Shown: piece by piece, positions 28,303 to 38,843 of the stretch | How the letters are laid out: each line of letters begins with the position of its first letter | Numbering within the stretch: position 1 is the first letter of the stretch | Source of the DNA: an uncultured Candidatus Sumerlaeota bacterium | GTDB taxonomy: Bacteria; CAYMEV01 | Assembly: GCA_964389675.1 (NCBI GenBank) | Contig: CAYMEV010000022.1 | Span: 1 to 57,785, forward strand | Reading direction: 5' to 3' | DNA length: 57,785 nt | Position numbers and translations under genes: made by a program | The notes under the pieces: model-generated | Told to the model about the DNA's origin: nothing | Seen by the model: the letters and a program-made list of their open reading frames with translations, nothing else | Database searches by the model: none

Positions 28303-29253
28303 GTGATGAGAAGAAATCAGATATATTTATGGCCAGCCCTGGTGCTGCTAATAGCAGTTTTGCTATTAGCAGTATCTTATCTCACGCGGCCCTGTCTCTA
28401 TTTCTGGAAAATGGAAGCAAAGGGCAAAACAGTATATATGCTCGGGACAATCCATGTATTTAGTCCTGAATTAGCAGACAGGATCGATAAAAAAATAATT
28501 CAGGCATTGGAGAACTGTGATCTGATTCTAATTGAGCGAATCGATCTTAAAAGAGAGGGCTATTTCTATCCGCATGGGGATTCTTTGATTAATCACCTTC
28601 CAGAAGAGGATTATGATCAGATGAAGAAAATGATAGCCGGTGTGAATCTGGATATTGAGGATTATATTCAATACAGGCCGGGCCGGTTTGAGCAGGCAAT
28701 GCGCATCTTAAGCGCACAGATATTTGGATATTATGATTATTACTGGGATGGCGTGGACTTATATTTTTTTAATATGGCAGTAAAAAAAGGCTTCAGGTAT
28801 GATGCTCTGGAACAAAAAGACCATTATGCAGAATTTATTGAAAGCGATCTATCCGAAACTGAATTAGGCTATTATCTTGTACTAAGAATGCAATATTTAT
28901 TTGGAGAGGGAGATGAAATAAAGGAGTCATTAAATTTCATGATGGACAGCTGGCTGGATCTATCACTTGATGAATATCGGGAAAAGATAGAACAGGAAAG
29001 AAAGGAATTGGTGCCTGAAGAAAAAAAAGAGCTGGATGAAATAGTATCGGAAAAATACAGGATTATAAACACAAAGAGAAATATAATTATGGCAGATAGA
29101 ATTGAAGAATTTTTAAATTCAGATAACTGCACCAATATATTTGCTATGGCAGGTGGTGCTCATTTTGCATATGAAGACAGCATAATTGATATCCTCCGTG
29201 AGAGGGGTTATAAAATAAAGAGGATTAAAAGGTCCCTGCCCTGGCCATTTTAA
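28303..29253 (+). CDS. TraB/GumN-family protein
   Basis: N-terminal anchor, YMLGTIH, GVD, KRNIIMA and AGGAH. Confidence 0.85.
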   Translation: MMRRNQIYLWPALVLLIAVLLLAVSYLTRPCLYFWKMEAKGKTVYMLGTIHVFSPELADRIDKKIIQALENCDLILIERIDLKREGYFYPHGDSLINHLPEEDYDQMKKMIAGVNLDIEDYIQYRPGRFEQAMRILSAQIFGYYDYYWDGVDLYFFNMAVKKGFRYDALEQKDHYAEFIESDLSETELGYYLVLRMQYLFGEGDEIKESLNFMMDSWLDLSLDEYREKIEQERKELVPEEKKELDEIVSEKYRIINTKRNIIMADRIEEFLNSDNCTNIFAMAGGAHFAYEDSIIDILRERGYKIKRIKRSLPWPF

Positions 29254-29492
29254 TTGCAGGAAATTAATATGGTTAGAAATGCAATTTTAGAAAACTTCTA
29301 TAGACTCATCAGAAAGCATTTCCTGCGATTATTAAGAATTCAAGCATCTATGCAATATATTATAAGGGTTTGAATTTTACAGACCAATTTTTTGAGATTT
29401 GAAATGGAGGGTTAAGATTGATTTTGCTGTCTGTTAGTATAAATTATTCAGTTGAGCCACATTTCTGGATAACAGCGTAATAAGGAGAGATC

Positions 29493-30467
29493 GTGGAAGT
29501 CAGAGCTCTGAAAAAATCAGATGTTGATGTGCAGGATATAGCCAGGATTACTTATGAAACAAGCAAACAGTATTTACTTGCAGAGAATAAGAATCAATCT
29601 GTGATTCTCGAGGAAATCACAGAAGGTATAGCAAAAGACTGCTATGATCTTATATTCATTGCAGAGCTAAACGGAAGGACAGTTGGCTGGCTGGCATTAT
29701 ATGAGATGATGAATTTCAATACCGGTCATATCTGGAATTGGCATCCAGCAGTACTTCCATGTGAAAACGAGAATATATGTGCCAGCAAATTGATCAGAGC
29801 AGCCTTATCGCATCTGAATGAATCGGGATTCCATAAAGTAACTATCGATTTCATTGTTACTGATAAAAATGAACCATATCTATCCAAATATTTAGATTGG
29901 TATTCAAATGCCGGAATAACTGAGAAGTTTGAAGAAAAGTATTATGTGAAAAACCTCAACGAAGAGCCTTTTGAGGCATATATCCCTGATGGATATTCCA
30001 TTGGCTATATTTCGAAGGCAAAATTAGATGATTTATATAATTGCTGGTCGGAAATTTTTTCTTTTTCTTCTGATCAATTTATCATGAGTTTAGATGCAGA
30101 GGGAAGAAGGTCCTTTTTCCATGAAAGCTGGAGCAGGGAAAAACCAATGATAGATGAAGCGTCTTTGACCCTGTACCATAAAGACAGATTGATCGGTTTC
30201 AGCCGTTTTTTACCGATATATGAATCATCAGATGGCCATTTAGCCCCTATAGGCATCCTTCCTGAATATCGACGGAAAGGATTGGGCCGGGAACTGCTTA
30301 AATTAAGCATGCTAAAACTAAAAAAGCTGCACTATAAGACAATAAGCTTTTTTGTAAGCTCGAGTAATAAAGATGCTATTTCTTTCTATGAAAACCTCGG
30401 TTTTACATATAAAAGCAGAATTATTGCTTTATCCGGTTTTATTGGCCCGGAATTTACATATACCTAA
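29493..30467 (+). CDS. Tandem GNAT acetyltransferase
   Basis: ILPEYRRKGLG and NKDAISFYENLGF. Confidence 0.85.
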   Translation: MEVRALKKSDVDVQDIARITYETSKQYLLAENKNQSVILEEITEGIAKDCYDLIFIAELNGRTVGWLALYEMMNFNTGHIWNWHPAVLPCENENICASKLIRAALSHLNESGFHKVTIDFIVTDKNEPYLSKYLDWYSNAGITEKFEEKYYVKNLNEEPFEAYIPDGYSIGYISKAKLDDLYNCWSEIFSFSSDQFIMSLDAEGRRSFFHESWSREKPMIDEASLTLYHKDRLIGFSRFLPIYESSDGHLAPIGILPEYRRKGLGRELLKLSMLKLKKLHYKTISFFVSSSNKDAISFYENLGFTYKSRIIALSGFIGPEFTYT

Positions 30468-30730
30468 GATCTCATACTATCATAATAAACAATTCTTTTA
30501 TAGGGCCTAAGGATAATTTAGATAAAATTTTTATTTCTTATAATATAGATCCTTTACGTATTTATTCTAATCTAATTAAGATTAACCTTGGATTGGCTGA
30601 GTTTGGAACCTTAAATAATTGCTGTAGAAATAAATGCTTTTTTATGAGCTTGAGCTTAAAAGAAAAAATTTATAGACTATAAGCGAATTGGCTATTATTT
30701 TGAATATCAGATAAACAGGAAGGGATTGGT

Positions 30731-31666
30731 ATGATCAGTATTGTTGCTCCTGTATATAATGAAAGCGAATCACTCGGGCATTTCTATAAAGCTCTCTGTG
30801 ATGCTCTTGAGAAAATAGATGACAGGTCTGAGATCATATTTGTGGATGATGGCTCAGAGGATAAGAGCAATGAAATAATAAGCCGCTTCATCATGGATGA
30901 CTCCAGGGTCAGGCTTATCCAGCTCTCCCGTAATTTTGGCCACGAGGCTGCAATGCTTGCAGGTATTGACAACAGTAATGGCGATGCAGTAATCGTAATG
31001 GACTCTGACCTCCAGCATCCCCCGGAGCTTATTTGTGAGATGGTTTCCCAGTATTCTGCGGGTTTTGATGCTGTCCTTATGAAGAGGGAAAATGATGGGA
31101 AAAATGGTGGCCTGAAAAACTTCTTCCCGCATATTTTCTACAGGCTATTTAACAGGATCTCCAGGATAAAGCTTGAGGAAGATGCGAGTGATTTTTTCCT
31201 TATATCCAGAAATATAGCAGATGTCCTGAAAAATGATATGAGGGAAAGGACAAGGTTCTTAAGGGGGCTGGTGCAGTGGTGCGGATTTAACAGGAAAACC
31301 CTTTCATTCAGGCCGAATGCCAGGTCATTCGGCAAAAGCAAGTATAATATGTTCAGGCTTCTAAGCCTTTCGGTGGATGCAATCTTTTCCTTCTCTACTG
31401 CCCCCCTGACTTTTATTATATATATAGGCCTGTTTCTGTCAGGATTTGCCTTTTTATACATTATCTATGCAGTAGTAATGAAATTTACCGGTGTTTCAAT
31501 CGAGGGATGGGCATCCCTGCTGGCTATGTTTGCACTGCTTTCAGGCTTCCAGCTTATAGCTACAGGGGTGATAGGCAAATACATCGGCATAATTCTGCTG
31601 GAGGCAAAGCACAGGCCGGTATATATTATAAAAAAAACAGTCAATACCGGGACAGATAAAAGATAA
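30731..31666 (+). CDS. GT2 polyprenol-phosphate glycosyltransferase (GtrB-like)
   Basis: PVYNE, DDGSED, SRNFGH, DSDLQHPP and two C-terminal TM helices. Confidence 0.92.
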   Translation: MISIVAPVYNESESLGHFYKALCDALEKIDDRSEIIFVDDGSEDKSNEIISRFIMDDSRVRLIQLSRNFGHEAAMLAGIDNSNGDAVIVMDSDLQHPPELICEMVSQYSAGFDAVLMKRENDGKNGGLKNFFPHIFYRLFNRISRIKLEEDASDFFLISRNIADVLKNDMRERTRFLRGLVQWCGFNRKTLSFRPNARSFGKSKYNMFRLLSLSVDAIFSFSTAPLTFIIYIGLFLSGFAFLYIIYAVVMKFTGVSIEGWASLLAMFALLSGFQLIATGVIGKYIGIILLEAKHRPVYIIKKTVNTGTDKR

Positions 31667-31885
31667 ACCTCTTTTTGATAATTTATCCGGTCCAAGCTTC
31701 ACGCATTTCTTTTTCAAAGCTGATTTTATGCGGATTTAGTTCTTTATTTCATTTCAATTCAGTAAAACAGCCGATTTTTCTTAGGCTTTCTGAGTATTGT
31801 GCTGAAAATATAAATTATTTGATTTGAAATTAATTATCTGTTAGAAAAATAATATAGTTTGTACTAAATAAGGAGGATTTTTTAT

Positions 31886-32731
31886 ATGAGAGAAATTGAT
31901 GCATCCTTGATTACCAAGGAAGTCAGCAGGATGTGCATGAAAGCCAATTATACCCTGCAGAAAGATATGGTTGATGCCATCAACGAAGCGCTTGATAAAG
32001 AAGAATCACCTGTGGGAAAGGATATTATAAAGCAGCTCAAGCAGAACATGGACATAGCTGAAAAGAATGACTGCCCCATATGCCAGGATACCGGTGTAGC
32101 GGTATTTTTTGTCGAGCTTGGCCAGGAGGTTCATATTATAAAGGGCGGTTATGAGGACGCTATAAACGAGGGTGTAAGGATAGGCTACAGGGATGGATAC
32201 CTTAGGAAATCCATGGTTGACGACCCTGTCTTTACAAGGAAAAATACAACGGACAATACTCCTGCTGAGATATATACAAGGATAGTCGAGGGCGATAAGA
32301 TAAAGATAACCTTTGTTCCCAAGGGAGGCGGAAGCGAGAATATGAGTGAAGTAAAGATGATGAAGCCTGCCGACGGCATTGAGGGGATAAAAGACTTTGT
32401 TGTCGAGAGGGTCAGAAAGTCCGGAGGCAATCCATGCAATCCGATTATCGTTGGCGTAGGCATAGGCGGTACATTCGAGATGTGTGCAATGCTTGCAAAA
32501 AAGGCTGCAATAAGAGACCTTAATCAGAGGAATAAGGATCCCAGGTACAGGGATGCGGAGATTGAGCTTCTCGAAAGGGTCAATAAACTCGGAATAGGCC
32601 CGATGGGAATGGGAGGCAGGATTACATCGCTTGCTGTAAATATAGAGACTCATCCGTGCCATATTGCTTCCATGCCTGTCGCTGTCAATATACAGTGTCA
32701 TGCAAACAGAAGAATGCAGGTAATACTATAA
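31886..32731 (+). CDS. Fe-S fumarate hydratase class I, alpha subunit
   Basis: CQDTG, KGGGSEN, GNPC and QCHA. Confidence 0.93.
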   Translation: MREIDASLITKEVSRMCMKANYTLQKDMVDAINEALDKEESPVGKDIIKQLKQNMDIAEKNDCPICQDTGVAVFFVELGQEVHIIKGGYEDAINEGVRIGYRDGYLRKSMVDDPVFTRKNTTDNTPAEIYTRIVEGDKIKITFVPKGGGSENMSEVKMMKPADGIEGIKDFVVERVRKSGGNPCNPIIVGVGIGGTFEMCAMLAKKAAIRDLNQRNKDPRYRDAEIELLERVNKLGIGPMGMGGRITSLAVNIETHPCHIASMPVAVNIQCHANRRMQVIL

Positions 32732-32745
32732 AAAGGAGAATAAAC

Positions 32746-33303
32746 ATGGCTGATATAAAAAGACTTACAACACCATTGAGTGAAGAAGATGTATCAAAAC
32801 TGAAAATCGGTGACAGCGTACTCTTAAATGGCATCATTTATACAGGAAGGGATGCTGCCCACAAAAGGCTGGTCGAACTGCTGAAAGAGGGAAAGGAGCT
32901 TCCCATTGATATCAAGGGGCATATAATGTACTATGTAGGGCCCAGCCCTGCAAAGCCGGGCCAGGCAATAGGAAGCGCAGGGCCAACGACAAGCTACAGG
33001 ATGGATCCGTATTCACCTGTCCTGATGAAAATGGGGATGAAGGGTATGATAGGTAAAGGCCCAAGGGGAGAAGAAGTAAAAAAAGCAGTTAAAGAATATA
33101 AAGCTATATATTTTGCAGCAACAGGCGGAGCAGCAGCGCTTATTGCAAACAGCATTAAAAAAGCCGAAGTCGTCCTGTATGAGGACCTTGGAGCAGAGGC
33201 TGTAAGGAAGCTTACTGTTGAAGACTTTCCATGCATCGTGGCAAACGATATCTATGGCGGTGATATATACCAGGAGGGTATTGACCAGTATGCTTTGAAA
33301 TAA
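32746..33303 (+). CDS. Fe-S fumarate hydratase class I, beta subunit
   Basis: GRDAAH, GPTTSYRMD and DLGAEA; AAGGAG SD before ATG 32746. Confidence 0.93.
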   Translation: MADIKRLTTPLSEEDVSKLKIGDSVLLNGIIYTGRDAAHKRLVELLKEGKELPIDIKGHIMYYVGPSPAKPGQAIGSAGPTTSYRMDPYSPVLMKMGMKGMIGKGPRGEEVKKAVKEYKAIYFAATGGAAALIANSIKKAEVVLYEDLGAEAVRKLTVEDFPCIVANDIYGGDIYQEGIDQYALK

Positions 33304-33391
33304 GAGAAGCTCTTATTTTTATAGACAAAGATAATTTTTATGATAATAAAGAAAAACATTAATATTGTGAAAGGGGCTATAGTAAACAAAA

Positions 33392-33661
33392 ATGGCAATT
33401 GATAAGGAACAAAAAACTAAGTTAATCCAGGAATATGCTACCCATCCCGGGGACACAGGATCGCCTGAAGTACAGATCGCGATTATTACGCACAGGTTGA
33501 AATATTTGAATGAGCATTTTTCGCAGCACAAAAAGGATCATCATTCAAGAAGGGGCCTTCTGAAGCTCGTATATAAGAGGAAAAATCTGCTCTCATATCT
33601 GAAGAACAAGGATATTTACAGGTATAAGGCCATTATTGAAAAGCTTGGTATCAGGAAATAG
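33392..33661 (+). CDS. rpsO: 30S ribosomal protein S15
   Basis: [10 protein letters not shown] and [14 protein letters not shown]. Confidence 0.98.
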   Translation: MAIDKEQKTKLIQEYATHPGDTGSPEVQIAIITHRLKYLNEHFSQHKKDHHSRRGLLKLVYKRKNLLSYLKNKDIYRYKAIIEKLGIRK

Positions 33662-33663
33662 TA

Positions 33664-35766
33664 ATGCATAAATTTGAATTAGACTTATACGGGCTTCCCA
33701 TAGTTGTTGAAGTAGGGGAAGTTGCTACCCAGACGGATGGCAGTTGTTTAGTGTATTATGGTGATACTGTTGTATTATCAACGGTAGTGTCTGAGCCAAC
33801 GGAAGAGATAATGGATTTTCTCCCGCTGATGGTTGAATACAAGGAAAAGACATATGCAGCGGGAAGAATACCCGGGGGATTTATAAAAAGAGAAGGGAAG
33901 CCAGGCAATAAGGAAGTACTGATCTCAAGGATGATAGACAGGCCGGTAAGGCCAATGTTCCCTGACGGGTATGCAGACAATACCCAGCTTGTTTCCACTC
34001 TTCTTTCTGCTGATCCCAATTATGGGGTCGATGTTGCTGCAATGAACGCATCGTTTATTGCTCTTCATATTTCAAATATCCCGTTTAACGGGCCTTTGGC
34101 AGCAGTGAAGATTGGATGCGTCGAGGGTGAATTTATTATCAACCCTACCTATGCTGAACTTGAAAAAAGTTCCATGGAAGTTGTCCTTGTCGTATCTGAT
34201 GATGCTATAATTATGATTGAGGCATCTGCCAGGGAGATTGATGAGGATCTTATGTTGAGGGCACTTAAATTCGGCGCTGAAAAGGCTAAGGTCCTTCTGG
34301 ATTTTCAGCATGAGATCAGGAAACAGGCAGGCAAAGAGAAAAGGGAGTTTAAGGCGGTTGATTTTAATCTGGATGAGGGTATCCGCAATGAGTTAATTGG
34401 CATTATCGGTGAAAATGCAAAGATTATAAACAGCATGCCTCATAAGCTTGAAAGGGCAGGAAAAATCAATCTGTTTAAAAAGGAGATCGCCTCCAGGTAT
34501 GAGGCTCTGATAAATGAGGATCCCTTCAATAAGACAAAGATCCATAATTTTATAGAAGAGCAGATATCCCTTGATATGAGAAAAAGGATACTTGAAACGG
34601 GGGTAAGGATTGATGGAAGGAAATGCAATGAAGTAAGGCCTATTAATACCAAAATAGGATTTCTGCCGAAAACCCACGGATGCGCCATATTCAAGAGGGG
34701 TGAAACCCAGGTGCTTGCCGTAATTACTTTCGGAAGCCCGGGAGATGAACAGAGAGTGGATTCTATTGAAGGAGAAGATAAAGAAACATTTATGCTTCAT
34801 TATAATTTTCCTCCATATTCTGTACATGAAGCAAAACCTTTAAGGTTTACAAGCAGGAGGGAAATAGGCCACGGTAACCTGGCAAAGATGGCTGTAGCGC
34901 CTCTTCTGCCTGATTATGAGTCCTTTCCCTATGTAATAAGGGTAGTATGCGAGGTTCTAGAAAGCAATGGCTCATCCTCGATGGCATCAGTTGCTTCCTC
35001 ATCGCTTGCCCTTATGGATGCAGGCGTCCCTGTAAAAAAGCACATCGCAGGTGTAGCCATGGGACTTATAAAGGATAATGACAACTGGGTTGTCCTTACT
35101 GATATTCTTGGGCAGGAGGATCATCTCGGAGATATGGATTTTAAGGTTGCAGGGACTGTGGATGGTATTACAGCTGTACAGCTTGATGTCAAGATACCTG
35201 GAATTAACGATGAAATACTGAAAAGGGTTTTTGATGACGCTAAAAAGGGAAGAGAACATATAATAGATATCCTGACCGCTGCAATTCCCGAACCAAGAGC
35301 TGAACTGTCTGAGAATGCACCGAGAATAATTACAATAGAGCTTAAAAACGGTGATAAGATCAAGGATATTATCGGTCCTGGCGGAAAGGTGATCAAGAAG
35401 ATGGTAGAGGATTTTGGTGTTGAAATAAATATTGACAACAGTACAAACACAGTAAAGATATACGGCTCTGATATGGAGATGGCAAAGGAGGCCGAGCAGG
35501 CTATAAGGGACATAGTAAGGGAGCCTGAGGTCGGAGAGATTTATGAGGGGAAAGTTGTCAAGATAGCATCCTTTGGTGCATTTGTTGAGATACTCCCCGG
35601 TGTATCAGGGCTTCTTCACATATCAGAGATTGAAAACAGAAGGATTGCATCTGTGGAGGATGTACTAAAAGAGGGTGAGATTGTAAAGGTCATTGTTCTT
35701 GAGATTGATAAAGCAGGCAAGATCAGACTCAGCAAAAAAAGGTTGGATGAGCCGAAAAAAGATTGA
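33664..35766 (+). CDS. pnp: Polyribonucleotide nucleotidyltransferase
   Basis: RREIGHG, ESNGSSSMAS, DMDFKVAG, KH and S1 domains; follows rpsO. Confidence 0.97.
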   Translation: MHKFELDLYGLPIVVEVGEVATQTDGSCLVYYGDTVVLSTVVSEPTEEIMDFLPLMVEYKEKTYAAGRIPGGFIKREGKPGNKEVLISRMIDRPVRPMFPDGYADNTQLVSTLLSADPNYGVDVAAMNASFIALHISNIPFNGPLAAVKIGCVEGEFIINPTYAELEKSSMEVVLVVSDDAIIMIEASAREIDEDLMLRALKFGAEKAKVLLDFQHEIRKQAGKEKREFKAVDFNLDEGIRNELIGIIGENAKIINSMPHKLERAGKINLFKKEIASRYEALINEDPFNKTKIHNFIEEQISLDMRKRILETGVRIDGRKCNEVRPINTKIGFLPKTHGCAIFKRGETQVLAVITFGSPGDEQRVDSIEGEDKETFMLHYNFPPYSVHEAKPLRFTSRREIGHGNLAKMAVAPLLPDYESFPYVIRVVCEVLESNGSSSMASVASSSLALMDAGVPVKKHIAGVAMGLIKDNDNWVVLTDILGQEDHLGDMDFKVAGTVDGITAVQLDVKIPGINDEILKRVFDDAKKGREHIIDILTAAIPEPRAELSENAPRIITIELKNGDKIKDIIGPGGKVIKKMVEDFGVEINIDNSTNTVKIYGSDMEMAKEAEQAIRDIVREPEVGEIYEGKVVKIASFGAFVEILPGVSGLLHISEIENRRIASVEDVLKEGEIVKVIVLEIDKAGKIRLSKKRLDEPKKD

Positions 35767-36196
35767 AGTAGTTTTTGAAAAGATCGATAAAAGGGTCATT
35801 ATACCCTGCAAAATGTCAGACGGGTCATCAGGATATGATATAAGGGCATTTCTTGATGAACCCGTTATTATCCCGCCAAAAAAAAGCGCTGTCATATCTA
35901 CAGGCCTTAGATTAATGATCCCAGACTGCCTTGAAGCTCAGATAAGGCCGAGAAGCGGTCTTGCAATGAAACATGGCATTATGGTGACAAACTCTCCCGG
36001 GACCATTGATTCGGATTACAGGGGTGAAATCAAGATTCTTCTTTTTAATTCAGGAGATGAGCCCTTTTTGATCAGCAATAATGACAGGATAGCTCAGATG
36101 GTCTTCAGTTATGTTCCTGACATAGAGATCAAGGAAGGCAAGGTTGAGGATACCTCAAGGAATTCCGGAGGATTTGGAAGCACAGGGAGAAAATAA
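35747..36196 (+). CDS. dut: dUTPase
   Basis: GYD, RPRSGLA, GTIDSDYRGE, RIAQ and GGFGSTG. Confidence 0.95.
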   Translation: MSRKKIEVVFEKIDKRVIIPCKMSDGSSGYDIRAFLDEPVIIPPKKSAVISTGLRLMIPDCLEAQIRPRSGLAMKHGIMVTNSPGTIDSDYRGEIKILLFNSGDEPFLISNNDRIAQMVFSYVPDIEIKEGKVEDTSRNSGGFGSTGRK

Positions 36197-36199
36197 AAA

Positions 36200-36225
36200 A
36201 AGATGCTGTCGGCCGACAGCATCTT
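36200..36225. terminator. Perfect 26-bp palindrome; terminator for the minus-strand tRNA operon, possibly bidirectional
   Basis: AAGATGCTGTCGG|CCGACAGCATCTT, with an A-run on its left that gives a U-tail on the minus strand. Confidence 0.8.
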
Positions 36226-36232
36226 AATCCTA

Positions 36233-36306
36233 CGTCCCCAAGGGGATTCGAACCCCTGTCGCAGGCGTGAAAGGCCTGTGTCCTGGGCCATCTAGACGAT
36301 GGGGAC
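36233..36306 (-). tRNA. tRNA-Glu(TTC)
   Basis: GTCCCCATCGTCTAG...CAGGCCT-TTC-ACGCCTG...TTCGAAT...TGGGGACG. Confidence 0.94.
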
Positions 36307-36311
36307 TCTTA

Positions 36312-36384
36312 TGAGGTATACCGGGCTCGAACCGGTGACCCTCTGCTTAAAAGGCAGATGCTCTACCGCCTGAGCTAATACCTC
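36312..36384 (-). tRNA. tRNA-Lys(TTT)
   Basis: GAGGTATTAGCTCAG...TCTGCCT-TTT-AAGCAGA...TTCGAG...ATACCTCA. Confidence 0.94.
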
Positions 36385-36452
36385 ATTTTAAGCATCACCT
36401 TGGCTGCAAGCTAACTTTCTATACTATAGATGAATTATTGTCAAAAAAAAAA

Positions 36453-37769
36453 TTAGCCTTCTGCAAAATTAAATGCTTCCTTCAGCTTTAATTCCCTGAA
36501 TATTGTCTGGTCTCTGCGGGGGCCTGTTGATACAATCAGCACAGGAGTGCCTGTGCTGTCTTCAATAAATGATATATAATCCCTTAGGTTTAAGGGAAGG
36601 TCATCATAATCGTCTATACTGGTAATATCCTCATTCCAGCCTTTAAACTCACGGTAGACAGGTGTAACCCTGTCAAATATATCTTCAAGAAGGTCGATCT
36701 CTTTAATAGTTGTATTTTTGTATTTATAGGCCGTGCATACCGGTATCCTGGATAGGCCTGTCAGGACATCCGGCTTTGTTAATGCAAAGCCGTCAAAACC
36801 ATTTATCTGACTGCTGTACTTGAGCAATACCATATCCAGCCAACCGCATCTTCTCGGCCTTGCTGTGGTAGCACCGTATTCGCCTCCCTTTTCCCTGAGA
36901 TGCCTTCCGCTTTCATCTTTAAGTTCCGTGGGAAAAGGGCCATTGCCAACCCTTGTTGTATATGCTTTAGCGACGCCAAGTATTGTGTCAAGCATCCTTG
37001 GAGGAATGCCGAGGCCTGAAAATATGCCTCCTGATATGCAGGTGGAACTGGTTACATATGGATAGGTCCCATGGTCTATATCAAGAAGGCAACCCTGTGA
37101 TCCTTCAACTATGACTGTCTTATTGGCTTTCAGGGAACTGATAAGGTATCTGGAAGAATCAATTATATATGGCTTTATCCTCTGCCTGCAGTCTTTCAGA
37201 TAGTTCAACAGTGAATCATTTTCAGCTTCAACAGGATAATTATAATGTGCAAGTATTACTTTTGATATGGATAGCAGAGATTCCAGCTTTGCCTTCAGTT
37301 CATTATCATCAAGGAAAATATCGCATATTCTGAGCCCTTTGCGAAGAGCCTTGAATGCATATGTGGGCCCTATGCCCTTCTTTGTGGTACCTATATTCCC
37401 TTTATTAATAATGCTTTCAAGTGCTGAATCAATATGCAAAAACAGGGGGAGTGCGAGGTGAGCCCTGGAGCTGATGAATACCCTGTCTTTTATATCTATT
37501 CCCCGCTTAGTGCAGGATTCAAGCTCCTCAAAAAACGCATCTATATTTACTACCATGCCATTGCCAAGGATACTTACCTTGTCTTTTGATATTACTCCGG
37601 AGGGAAGCAGATGAAGGATGAATTTTTCATCTCCGATCACAATTGTATGGCCGGCATTGTTCCCTCCCTGATACCGGGCCACTATATCCGCCTGTCTTAT
37701 AAATATATCGACAATCTTTCCTTTTCCCTCATCACCCCATTGTGAACCCAGAACAGCAATTGAAGGCAT
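36453..37769 (-). CDS. purA: Adenylosuccinate synthetase
   Basis: QWGDEGKGK, GGNNAGHT, GTTKKGIGP and RPRRCGW. Confidence 0.97.
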   Translation of the reverse strand: MPSIAVLGSQWGDEGKGKIVDIFIRQADIVARYQGGNNAGHTIVIGDEKFILHLLPSGVISKDKVSILGNGMVVNIDAFFEELESCTKRGIDIKDRVFISSRAHLALPLFLHIDSALESIINKGNIGTTKKGIGPTYAFKALRKGLRICDIFLDDNELKAKLESLLSISKVILAHYNYPVEAENDSLLNYLKDCRQRIKPYIIDSSRYLISSLKANKTVIVEGSQGCLLDIDHGTYPYVTSSTCISGGIFSGLGIPPRMLDTILGVAKAYTTRVGNGPFPTELKDESGRHLREKGGEYGATTARPRRCGWLDMVLLKYSSQINGFDGFALTKPDVLTGLSRIPVCTAYKYKNTTIKEIDLLEDIFDRVTPVYREFKGWNEDITSIDDYDDLPLNLRDYISFIEDSTGTPVLIVSTGPRRDQTIFRELKLKEAFNFAEG

Positions 37770-37881
37770 GGCATTCTCCTGTATGAATTAATGAAAGAAT
37801 GCTAAAAGAATATGGTATTTTAGTCAATGAATTTTAATTAATATATTTACAAAATGCCCTTTTAAAATTATCCTTTTGAAT

Positions 37882-38835
37882 ATGATGTTAAGTGTTCATG
37901 GCTCAGGAACAGCCTCTTTAGTAAAGGAAATGATTGTTTCTCAGTTCAGGTCGCTGAGCATTCCGCATTTTGATGATATAATAGAATATCTTTCAGGATC
38001 CTTCGGGTCATTCTTCAGAAGCAGGCTTCTTATTGAAATGTCAAGGATGCTCGGTACACTGGATGAAATTAAAATAACACTTTCTTCAAGCATTGAAATT
38101 CTTCATTATGCAACGCTTCTGCATGATGATGTAATCGATAACTGCACATACAGGAGAAAGAATCACTCATTGAACTCACTGTTCGGAGATAAGGCCGCCA
38201 TACTTGCAGGAGACATCCTTTTCGGCCTTGCAAGCAGGATGATAATCATGACTGGGAAGACCTGCCTTTATAAATATGTTGTGGACACAGCTCTCAGGAT
38301 GTCTGAAGGGGAGGTAGTTGAACTGCGCCTGCAGGGGAATACCGGTCTTGCCCTAGATGATTATCTGAGGATTATTGATGATAAGACAGGAAGCCTGTTC
38401 GGACTGACTTTCCTATTTGCATCATTTAACGGCGGGGAAATTGATGACAGATTTTATAAAAAAGGAGTGGAATTTGGCAGATATTTCCAGATAATTGATG
38501 ATAGTAAGGATTATATGCTTGATTTTAAGAATAATACCAAGCCTGTTTTCAATGACTTTTCATCAGGAACTATGACCTATCCGCTTATTCTGCTTATGGC
38601 AAGCGCTGATCAAGATGAAAATGCCTATTTAAGGGAGAGGTTCGGGAAAAGCATACCAGACAGGGACATCGATTATATAAGGTCTTTATTTCAAAAATAT
38701 CAAATTTTCAGCCTTATATTAGAGGGGATGGACAGGAAGCTTGAGAACATATTCCGCGAGCTTGGATTTGCAAAGCCTGACAGGTTTAATCCTATAATCC
38801 TGGAAATGCTTAACAAGGTAAAAAATGTGAGGTGA
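37882..38835 (+). CDS. Polyprenyl diphosphate synthase-family protein
   Basis: LLHDDVID (FARM), RR, GD, KTG and FQIIDDSKD (SARM). Confidence 0.85.
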   Translation: MMLSVHGSGTASLVKEMIVSQFRSLSIPHFDDIIEYLSGSFGSFFRSRLLIEMSRMLGTLDEIKITLSSSIEILHYATLLHDDVIDNCTYRRKNHSLNSLFGDKAAILAGDILFGLASRMIIMTGKTCLYKYVVDTALRMSEGEVVELRLQGNTGLALDDYLRIIDDKTGSLFGLTFLFASFNGGEIDDRFYKKGVEFGRYFQIIDDSKDYMLDFKNNTKPVFNDFSSGTMTYPLILLMASADQDENAYLRERFGKSIPDRDIDYIRSLFQKYQIFSLILEGMDRKLENIFRELGFAKPDRFNPIILEMLNKVKNVR

Positions 38836-38843
38836 GAAATTTT

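Noticed and set aside
29269-29373. 34-aa ORF MVRNAILENF... after the TraB/GumN gene as a possible RiPP precursor
   Set aside because: Weak SD, no leader or core features, and far from the maturase cassette.
32006-32701. 231-aa minus-strand ORF
   Set aside because: Antisense shadow of the fumarate hydratase alpha gene.
36109-36291. Short ORFs overlapping tRNA genes (also 52852..53217 and 53078..53296)
   Set aside because: These are translations of tRNA sequence; the cloverleafs explain the DNA.
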